Positions 1 to 7,159 of a stretch of DNA of 14,868 nucleotides are shown here, piece by piece. Origin of the DNA: Promethearchaeota archaeon (lineage in GTDB: Archaea; Asgardarchaeota; Lokiarchaeia; Sigyniarchaeales; SOKP01). The notes under the pieces were generated by a model. That model saw only the letters and a list, made by a program, of their open reading frames with translations, was not told the origin of the DNA and searched no databases. The stretch lies in the NCBI GenBank assembly GCA_019057865.1, contig JAHLWP010000063.1, forward strand, positions 1 through 14,868, read 5' to 3'. A program made the translations under genes and the position numbers. Position 1 is the stretch's first letter. Every line of letters begins with the position of its first letter.

Positions 1-2
1 GT

Positions 3-236
3 AGTATTATTAGAATAGGAGACATTAATTATAACTTTCTCTGCAATCAACTTTATGATATATACTTTGTATTAAAATCCGCTAATAGAGATAAAGAAAA
101 AGATATTAATGGTTATCTTAAAAAATTAGAAGAATTATTCATAGAAGAATTTAGAATGGATTTAATAGCTTTTGATGGTGATACTTCAATATTTAAAAGA
201 TTCAAAAAAACCTTAACAAAGTTTCTTGAAAAATAA
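3..236 (+). CDS. Partial CDS (3' end), longin-like/roadblock-type small domain protein
   Basis: Not in the ORF track. Frame 3 is open from the window edge to TAA at 234-236: SIIRIGDINYNFLCNQLYDIYFVLKSANRDKEKDINGYLKKLEELFIEEFRMDLIAFDGDTSIFKRFKKTLTKFLEK. Beta-strands followed by L..L...F...F and F.GD.S.F..F helices resemble the C-terminal half of longin domains. Confidence 0.65.
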   Translation, partial: SIIRIGDINYNFLCNQLYDIYFVLKSANRDKEKDINGYLKKLEELFIEEFRMDLIAFDGDTSIFKRFKKTLTKFLEK

Positions 237-253
237 AAGAAAAAGAAAATTGA

Positions 254-913
254 TTACACTAAACTGGTAAATATAGCACCTAAAGCGATGTAGAATTGAG
301 CTAGAAAATATGTTACCATATTAATTATTCTCTTTTGCTTGGCTGCTTCATCCCATTTATTTAAAGCGAGGAAAGTATCAGAAAAGATAAAAAATAGAGA
401 GCCAACGTAAATAAAAATAAATTCTAATCCTGCAAATTCAGCCAACCGTAAAACCGCGGCAATATGCATTATCAGTATAGCAGCCATGTAGACTAATACG
501 GGAATCTTTAAATCTCCAGTTTTATTGATAAATTTTGGAATTGTAAATAACATAATCAAAATTACAGGCCCAAGCAAGAATAACCCCCAAATATTAAAAT
601 CAGAGATATCACTTATGGATATGAAAAATGAAATTATAAAGAATATTTGGTTTAGTAAAAATGCCACCATGCCATATAAAAACCATTTTTCATTCTTTAG
701 CATCATGAAAAAATCCCCAGCCCATCCACATAGTAGAGCAACCAATATTAGCCAATCAATGTTAGGATGAGCTCCAAATATATAAAACAGAACAATAAAA
801 GGCAATACGAGCGGCTTAAAGCTTGTAATTAATGTATCATTATCTTTATACTCACCATAAATTTCTAAGGTTGCAAAAATGAAAACACAAACTATAAAGA
901 GGTATAGAATCAT
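254..913 (-). CDS. YhhN/TMEM86 family lysoplasmalogenase-like multi-pass membrane protein
   Basis: 219 aa, about 7-8 TM segments, with family motifs KPL, L..GWAGDFFM, F.YGMVAFLLNQ, PVLVYM, GSLFFIFSDTFLA and TYFLAQ. Confidence 0.88.
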   Translation of the reverse strand: MILYLFIVCVFIFATLEIYGEYKDNDTLITSFKPLVLPFIVLFYIFGAHPNIDWLILVALLCGWAGDFFMMLKNEKWFLYGMVAFLLNQIFFIISFFISISDISDFNIWGLFLLGPVILIMLFTIPKFINKTGDLKIPVLVYMAAILIMHIAAVLRLAEFAGLEFIFIYVGSLFFIFSDTFLALNKWDEAAKQKRIINMVTYFLAQFYIALGAIFTSLV

Positions 914-1240
914 ATTTTTTCCATCTAAAAAGTGTTTTTTAGTAATTATCCACTAGGAATTAAAGGTTTAAATAATTTTTTATTAAAAATTACATATTCT
1001 AATAGCTTCCTTTAGACCCATTCTTATTCTTTTAATCTTATTAAGAAAATTAATAAAAAATTATTGATTTTAAAACAATCCCTCCAATAAGCATAATAAC
1101 GATTATATATGCTAATTTTATCATTAATTTAAAATTCTAATTTATTAAAAATTTAAAAAAAAAAGATTTATTTTTATTTATTTACCCATAGACCACTGAA
1201 TTTCATTAAAAATCCTTATTTAGTTTTTGATTCACGTAAT

Positions 1241-2410
1241 TTATTTCTTAACTAAAATCTCTTTTAGTTTCTTTGCTCCTCCATTGTTGAAGAAATCCTT
1301 GATTTTATCAGAATATTCCGGTAAAAGTTGCAAAAATGGCATAATTGCTCTTGATAGTGATGTAAATGCCTCATTTCCATCCCCCATTATAAACATTTTA
1401 TCAGGACTTAAATTCTTGAAAATTTCTGGTAAAATGTTTGTTAATTGTACCGCTAAAAATCGCTCATCAGCACTACTCATCGCTTCTACTTGTTTTAGAA
1501 AACCTTCAGCTTGGGCAAGCATCTGTTGTCTTATGATTTCAGCTTCACCTTCAGCCTGAGCAATTAACTTTCTTTTTATTTGTTGTGCATCTGCATCAGC
1601 TTCAATAACTTTCTTCTGCCTTTCACCATCAGCTTCAATTTTTTTGCGTTCTCTTTCCTGCTCAGCAATAACAATTTCTTTTTCTTTTCTTCGCAACTCA
1701 ATTTCTCTTTCAACAAGTTGTTCTTGAATTCCAATTTCATTTTTTACTTCTAACTCTCTTATTTTTGATTCTCTTTCAGCTTCAGCTCTAGCAATACGAG
1801 CTTTTCTATATTCAACAGCTTGTTTAGTCGCTTCCATGTTTTTCTTTAATTCTGGCTCTTGAATAATAACTTCTAATATCTCAAAGGTTTCTATTATTAC
1901 ACCCCAATCAGCAGTTAATTCGTGTAGATCTTTTGAAACATGATCAATTATTTCTCTTCTTTCTCTAATAATTAGTTCAAGTGGCATATTCGCACAAGTA
2001 GTACGTATAATTGCCTCAGCAGCACCTTTTAATATTTTTTCTACATAGTTTTCATTTCTGGGAATCCATGAAACCGCACTAAACGCTTTCTCAGGATCAA
2101 TAACTTTCCAGATAGCCATCCCTACGATTTCTATGTTCTGGTATTCTTTTGAGACTACTTGGTCATGAGCTTCAAGAATAGTTTGGATACTTGTAGTTGG
2201 AATGACTACATACTCATCGATTAATGGCAATAATATTAAACTACCTCCTAAGCCAGCACTTTTAACTTTACCATTTCGTAAATGGATAACAAATTGATTC
2301 GTTTTGAACTTCCTGTATCTTGCGGCAAAGAATATTATAAACAAGAAGAGAATTATGGGAATTACAACACCTAAACCTACAAACCATGGATTTAATTCTA
2401 CAAATAACAC
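1241..2410 (-). CDS. SPFH/band-7 domain flotillin-like membrane scaffold protein
   Basis: N-terminal TM helix, SPFH core (WKVIDPEKAF...EAIIRTTCANMPLELIIRER...DWGVIIETFEILEV), then a long Ala/Glu-rich coiled coil with flotillin-type AEA/EAD/AEG repeats. GTG start, GGAGGT upstream at 2425-2430. Confidence 0.9.
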   Translation of the reverse strand: MLFVELNPWFVGLGVVIPIILFLFIIFFAARYRKFKTNQFVIHLRNGKVKSAGLGGSLILLPLIDEYVVIPTTSIQTILEAHDQVVSKEYQNIEIVGMAIWKVIDPEKAFSAVSWIPRNENYVEKILKGAAEAIIRTTCANMPLELIIRERREIIDHVSKDLHELTADWGVIIETFEILEVIIQEPELKKNMEATKQAVEYRKARIARAEAERESKIRELEVKNEIGIQEQLVEREIELRRKEKEIVIAEQERERKKIEADGERQKKVIEADADAQQIKRKLIAQAEGEAEIIRQQMLAQAEGFLKQVEAMSSADERFLAVQLTNILPEIFKNLSPDKMFIMGDGNEAFTSLSRAIMPFLQLLPEYSDKIKDFFNNGGAKKLKEILVKK

Positions 2411-2514
2411 CTTTTTCTCTTCAAACCTCCTTTTTTTTAATTTTCATAAAATTTTATTGTACTTTTTTTATCAGATTTTGCAATTTCATTATTAATCCAT
2501 CTATAAGATTGGAC

Positions 2515-2748
2515 TTATCCTCCGAACTCGGTAATTAATAACGTTATCATTAAAGGGACAATCATAAACGTTAATATCAATATAATATACATTACAAAAG
2601 TAAAAACGAATTTAGGTTTTAATCTATGACCCCTAAAAATTTGCTGTTTACTAACGTTTTTTCTATGTTCCTTCAAGGATTTTTCATTTTTTTCATTCAA
2701 ATTTTCAATAATTATTACATTATCTAAAATCTCTTCTTCAACACTCAC
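2515..2748 (-). CDS. Small protein with one C-terminal TM helix (tail-anchored-like), in the NfeD-flotillin cluster
   Basis: 77 aa, hydrophilic N-terminus then FVFTFVMYIILILTFMIVPLMITLLIT. The GTG start is 7 nt after the stop of the upstream gene, with GGAGATGA as a candidate RBS. Confidence 0.65.
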   Translation of the reverse strand: MSVEEEILDNVIIIENLNEKNEKSLKEHRKNVSKQQIFRGHRLKPKFVFTFVMYIILILTFMIVPLMITLLITEFGG

Positions 2749-2755
2749 TTTTTAA

Positions 2756-3715
2756 TCATCTCCTTTTTTTAATTAATTTTTTAGTATAATCAACCAACAA
2801 ATAACCATTTTTTACATCACAAATATAAACTGTATCCCCTCTTTCAAATTCGGATCCCTCAATTAATGGTTTAACATGTAACCTTTCAAATTTCATAGGC
2901 GTATTGGAGGGAACTTTTATGATTCCTCCCCTCTTATCAACCGGTAAAATAATCTCTCCTTTTTTACCAATTAAGTTCAGGGTTGATGATATACTATAAT
3001 ATCTTGACTTTGCTAGCTTTTTCCACCCATAATTAATAAATTTTGTAATTATGTATGCCAAAAAGGGGGTTATAAAAAGAATGACAAATTTCAATGTTTC
3101 ATTAATTGAATAATATAATATTATACCAGAAATGCCAAATACTAAAAATGCTGTTGATAATAAGAGCATTATTGGTGCAGGAGTAATATCGGATAAACTA
3201 GTATCAATTTCACCCTCAGTTTCCATATCAACATCAATATCCGAATCTACTTCTACCCCCGCATCCACATCAACCTCAGCTTCAATTTCAACAGCATCTA
3301 CTTCAATTTCAACCCCCATATCATAATCTACATCAACATCTACCTCCGCATCTATATCTATATCGACATCTGAATCAATATCAATGTCAATATCAGTGTC
3401 AATATCCACGTCAATATCTGCATCAACATCTACATCTACATCAATATCAGCATCTACATCCATCTCAACATCCAATTCACCCTCTCCTGAAAGGCTAGAT
3501 TCCATTTGAGCTAAAAATGTTGATATAATAGACAATATAATTCCCCCGATAAATAAGCCTAAACAAATACTAAAAAATATATCATAAAGTTGGTTAAAAG
3601 AAAAACTCACTGAAGTCATGATCGTCCCAATAGAGAAAATTGAAACTATCGCAAAGGTATCTTTTTTCTTCCAACGTATATTCCTAAATCGATTTATCGT
3701 GGATTTTCTAATCAT
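2756..3715 (-). CDS. NfeD/YqiJ/YuaF-like membrane protein (TM helices, acidic low-complexity loop, C-terminal OB fold)
   Basis: Four hydrophobic segments, P(I/L)MLLLSTAFLVFGISG typical of YqiJ/YuaF, C-terminal NfeD OB motif (LIGKKGEIILPV...GGIIKV...FERGDTVYICDVKNGYLLV). Lies upstream of a flotillin, the established pairing. Confidence 0.85.
   Translation of the reverse strand: MIRKSTINRFRNIRWKKKDTFAIVSIFSIGTIMTSVSFSFNQLYDIFFSICLGLFIGGIILSIISTFLAQMESSLSGEGELDVEMDVDADIDVDVDVDADIDVDIDTDIDIDIDSDVDIDIDAEVDVDVDYDMGVEIEVDAVEIEAEVDVDAGVEVDSDIDVDMETEGEIDTSLSDITPAPIMLLLSTAFLVFGISGIILYYSINETLKFVILFITPFLAYIITKFINYGWKKLAKSRYYSISSTLNLIGKKGEIILPVDKRGGIIKVPSNTPMKFERLHVKPLIEGSEFERGDTVYICDVKNGYLLVDYTKKLIKKRR
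3203..3478 (-). repeat. Degenerate hexanucleotide coding repeat giving a (D/E)-(V/I/A) dipeptide tract
   Basis: Plus strand shows runs of acatca/atatca/acatct/atatct units, encoding aa ~80-171 ELDVEMDVDADIDVDVDVDADIDVDIDTDIDIDID... Confidence 0.9.
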
Positions 3716-3758
3716 TTTACAAATTTAATTATATTAAAAGAATTTCAAAAAAATACTA

Positions 3759-4253
3759 TTAATTCTTAATTTTAATTCCACATTGATGACAAAATTTTGC
3801 ATCCTTTTCTAGTTTTTCTCCACAATATCGGCAAAATTGAATTTCTTGATGGACAGGAATAGTGTTTTCAGGTTTATCAAAAAAAAGTGCTTCCTGGTTA
3901 ACTTGTACGGGTCTTCGAATTATGTAAGGATTTTTTTTAGGACTTTCGTTTTTAGATTGGTATGGATTTTCTTTATATCCATTGATTTTCATTGTTTTAG
4001 AATTCACACTCGCTACAGCAGCAATAATACCTCCAATAACGAAAATTGATATTAAAAAGACTATACCTCCAATAATCCATATTGAATGAATCGCAAAGCC
4101 ATCGAATTTAGAATAACTAAGAAAGCCAAAAAAGAAAACGCCAAGTCCCAGAAATAGTAAGATAAGGGAGATTAATCCACCAATTTTATGGTGAGCACTT
4201 CGATTTCGCCTATTTGGTATAATTGGAATCATCCATGCCATTTTTTTTCTCAT
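3759..4253 (-). CDS. Two-TM membrane protein with C-terminal zinc ribbon
   Basis: Two hydrophobic helices, a flexible linker and terminal FCRYCGEKLEKDAKFCHQCG (CxxC-x10-CxxC). Confidence 0.85.
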   Translation of the reverse strand: MRKKMAWMIPIIPNRRNRSAHHKIGGLISLILLFLGLGVFFFGFLSYSKFDGFAIHSIWIIGGIVFLISIFVIGGIIAAVASVNSKTMKINGYKENPYQSKNESPKKNPYIIRRPVQVNQEALFFDKPENTIPVHQEIQFCRYCGEKLEKDAKFCHQCGIKIKN

Positions 4254-4382
4254 ATATTTTTATATCTTTTTATATTTTAAATTATCCCAAATATATATAT
4301 ATATAATCATATATTTAAATGTTATGATCAATTCATGACTTTGAAAAAATAAAAGCTCTAACTATCTAAATAGAGTATTTGG

Positions 4383-4715
4383 ATATATATATTTATATAT
4401 AATTACTATATGAATAATTTGATTCAGAGAGAAATATTTTATAAAAATGCTTTAAAAGAGAAAAAAAGATAATCTGAGTCTAACATTGGATTTCGTTCTC
4501 TATTAGACTCAATTGATTTTGTATTAGAGAAAAATAAAATTATATTCCATATAAATCCATAAGGACCAAATTTTTACAAAATCCAATTAATGACAAAATT
4601 CATTAATTTGAAATAAAATTAATTGAAGTAAAAATAAATAGAAGAATGATCATATATATCTTTATATATAAAGAAAAACATTTTTTAATGCCGTTATTTC
4701 CTTTATATATTAAAG
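4383..4715. promoter_or_regulatory. Divergent promoter region with repeated TATA-like/palindromic elements
   Basis: Near-identical 20-mers at 4383-4402 (atatatatatttatatataa) and 4652-4671 (atatatatctttatatataa), a perfect palindrome tctttatatataaaga at 4659-4674, a related ctttatatattaaag at 4701-4715, and an inverted repeat tgagtctaa (4475-4483) / ttagactca (4503-4511). Confidence 0.4.
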
Positions 4716-4758
4716 ATTAAAGTATTTAAATATAAAAATATATATTCAAATTGAGACA

Positions 4759-5541
4759 TTGGTAAAAAATATTTTAGGAGTTGATTCTATCACAAAAGAA
4801 AACGAAACTTCTGATGATAAAAGTAATAATACCCAAAAAGACGAAACTAAAGAGCCTGAGTCTAAAGATAAACCTATATATGTAAAAGTAAGTGATGAAA
4901 CAAGGGGTTTAATTGATAAATATAAGGAACATGGTACTACTATCTCAGACTTGATAAAAAATGCAATTAAATGTTATGATGATTTTAATTTAATTTCGCC
5001 TGAAATACATGCTATTATCGATAAATATATAGAAGAAGATGAGTCTAATATTTCATTTATAGAACGTGCGGTTAAATATTATGGAGAGCAAAAAATCCTT
5101 GATAGAGATCTATGGGTTCGAGCTAGAGATGAGATGAAAATGATGTTAATAGGCAAAACTACTTTTAATCAGCTTATAGCTGCTGCTGAAGCTCCAAAAG
5201 AAAGTTTAACAAAGCCTTGGAGCAAAAATGTAGCTATTGATATAATATTATGGTATACAGGTAAACCACTTAAGAATCTAACGATTGAAGAGATTTTGCA
5301 AACAATTCAAAAGATGTGGGTTGTTGCGAATTACTTTTATATAATTGATATTAAAAAAGAGAAGAAAGATGAGTATCATCTATTATTTCGGCATAGACAA
5401 AATAAACGCTATTCTGCCTATTGGTTAGGCTATTTTACAGAATTATTTCACTCAGAAGAAATGCCTTTTAAAATCGTAGTTGAGGGTCATACTTTTGATG
5501 AAACATTATCAATGATTGTAAAAGTAGGGTATGAGAAATAA
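4759..5541 (+). CDS. Putative transcriptional regulator: tandem ribbon-helix-helix-like N-terminus plus V4R/H-NOX/Bet3-like C-terminal domain
   Basis: KPIYVKVSDETRGLIDKYKEHGTTISDLIKNAIKCY fits an RHH pattern and is repeated degenerately as LISPEIHAIIDKYIEEDESNISFIERAVKYY. The C-terminal helix-helix-strand-strand-H-helix-strand-strand order resembles V4R-like folds. TTG start. Confidence 0.55.
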   Translation: MVKNILGVDSITKENETSDDKSNNTQKDETKEPESKDKPIYVKVSDETRGLIDKYKEHGTTISDLIKNAIKCYDDFNLISPEIHAIIDKYIEEDESNISFIERAVKYYGEQKILDRDLWVRARDEMKMMLIGKTTFNQLIAAAEAPKESLTKPWSKNVAIDIILWYTGKPLKNLTIEEILQTIQKMWVVANYFYIIDIKKEKKDEYHLLFRHRQNKRYSAYWLGYFTELFHSEEMPFKIVVEGHTFDETLSMIVKVGYEK

Positions 5542-5564
5542 TAAAAAAAAATAATTTTTAAAAA

Positions 5565-5942
5565 TTATTTTGCTGATTCATCTTCTTCCATTATACCAAG
5601 CTTGTTTCCTTCTGTATCTTTAAACATATAAAAATAACCGATTCCAGGGACTGCTATTTTTGGTGAGATAACAGTACCTCCATTATCTTCTATCTTTTTA
5701 CTTACTTTATCAACCGATGGAACTTTAATATAGTTAAAAATCTGATCTTCTGATTCCTCTCTTTTTTGTAAACCACCATTTATTCCTTCTTCATTTTCAT
5801 CTCCTGCATTAATTACCCAGTATTCCATAGGGCCTTCCCATTTTTCTATTTTCCAATTGAAAATATTCTCATAAAATCGTTTTGCTCGTATTGGATCATC
5901 AGCATTAATTTCAAAATGAACAACTTTTGGGATTTTAATCAC
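5565..5942 (-). CDS. VOC family (glyoxalase/bleomycin-resistance) protein
   Basis: VVHFEINADD...FYENIFNW...GINGGL...YIKVPSVD...GG.VISPK..VPGIGYFYMFKDTEGNKLGIME. The exact start codon is uncertain (see findings). Confidence 0.92.
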   Translation of the reverse strand: MIKIPKVVHFEINADDPIRAKRFYENIFNWKIEKWEGPMEYWVINAGDENEEGINGGLQKREESEDQIFNYIKVPSVDKVSKKIEDNGGTVISPKIAVPGIGYFYMFKDTEGNKLGIMEEDESAK

Positions 5943-6052
5943 CTCAATTTTTAATGGTAGATAATTGTTTTAACATTTTAAAAAAATTTCTATATTGAAC
6001 TGTTTTCAAGAAAATAAAAAAACCTTAAAATCCTTAATTACAAATTATAATT

Positions 6053-7120
6053 ATGAATTATTATTCTAAAGAAGCTCTATTAGCTTCTATTGGGAATATT
6101 ACCAATCTTATTGAATTAAAACAAAAAAATGGAAATTCAATTATTATTTCCGAATATGGGGGGCGTCCTTTAGGATTATTTCCACGAGAAGATTGCTATA
6201 GTTTACTATGGATAAATTCTGAAATTAAAGAAGCCATCAAAACACGAGATAGAGTAATTGGAGGAGACAGGTATTGGATAAGCCCTGAACGTGACTTCTT
6301 TTATAAAGATCCTGAGAATTTTAGAGATTGGGAATGCCCATCTTCGTTAGATCCTGCATATTATGAGGTTTTAGCAAGTAATTCTAAGTCATGTACAGTT
6401 TCAAGTCCCATCTCAGTTTTGAATCAAAGAACTAAAGAATTGTATAGTGGGGAAATTACTCGCCAATTCAAACTTATAGAGGAACCTCTTAGAACTGGTG
6501 TTGAATATTGTGGTATAGAGTTTTTAGATGATTGTGTGCTTTATAGAGCAAATTTAAAAGTTAATGGGTGGTCTTTAGCTAATATAATAAGTGGTGGTCC
6601 TTCAAACCCAGGCACAGTTTTAGTACCAACTAAACCAGATCCAAAACCTCTTTCTTATTTTCGAAATATTCCCTCAAATCGTTTAAAAATTGGAGAAAAT
6701 TATTTAGCATATAAAATCGATGTGGATGATATCTACAAATTGGCAATTCGCCCCGAAGATATTAATTATGGAAGAAAAGCAAAGATTGGATATATACTAA
6801 AAATTCCAGATTCAGAGGATTATGGATTTTTAGTTAAATTATCTAACGATATTCCAAGAAGTCAAGATGAATGTTTTGACGTCGCGAGAGATCATCCCGA
6901 TTCTGAAATAGGAGTTATCCAATCATATAATTCTGAGTCTCCAGATAAGCCTTTATTAAATTATGGAGAAATTGAGCTTCAGTTGAGTCCATTTAAAACC
7001 ATTGATAATGCTTCCCATTGTAAAGCAACACATCAATTAATCGGTTATATTGGCAAAAAAGAAGAGATTCTAGACATTATAGAAAAATATCTGGGGATAG
7101 ATAATCCTTTCTTATTTTAA
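6053..7120 (+). CDS. Conserved hypothetical protein, DUF6786/DUF4380-like (probable galactose-mutarotase-like beta-sandwich)
   Basis: Motifs YGGRPLG, LLWIN, GGDRYWISPE, W..P..LDP, IQSYN and YGEIELQ resemble these families from memory. Clean 355-aa ORF with ATG start. Confidence 0.55.
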   Translation: MNYYSKEALLASIGNITNLIELKQKNGNSIIISEYGGRPLGLFPREDCYSLLWINSEIKEAIKTRDRVIGGDRYWISPERDFFYKDPENFRDWECPSSLDPAYYEVLASNSKSCTVSSPISVLNQRTKELYSGEITRQFKLIEEPLRTGVEYCGIEFLDDCVLYRANLKVNGWSLANIISGGPSNPGTVLVPTKPDPKPLSYFRNIPSNRLKIGENYLAYKIDVDDIYKLAIRPEDINYGRKAKIGYILKIPDSEDYGFLVKLSNDIPRSQDECFDVARDHPDSEIGVIQSYNSESPDKPLLNYGEIELQLSPFKTIDNASHCKATHQLIGYIGKKEEILDIIEKYLGIDNPFLF

Positions 7121-7159
7121 TTTTAAGTATTAAAGAAGAAAATAAGAGAAAATTAGCTT

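Noticed and set aside
525-770. 81-aa plus-strand ORF
   Set aside because: Antisense shadow within the well-supported YhhN gene.
1227-1559. 110-aa plus-strand ORF
   Set aside because: Antisense to the flotillin 3' end, with no recognisable motif.
2304-2495. 63-aa plus-strand ORF
   Set aside because: Overlaps the flotillin start antisense and runs into T-rich intergenic DNA.
3132-3326. Ser/Thr-rich 64-aa ORF resembling a mucin-like peptide
   Set aside because: It is the reverse complement of the D/E-V/I coding repeat.
3203-3478. Possible CRISPR or non-coding tandem array
   Set aside because: Period is 6 nt, in frame within a CDS, with no repeat-spacer structure.
3837-4049. 70-aa plus-strand ORF
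   Set aside because: Antisense within the zinc-ribbon membrane gene.
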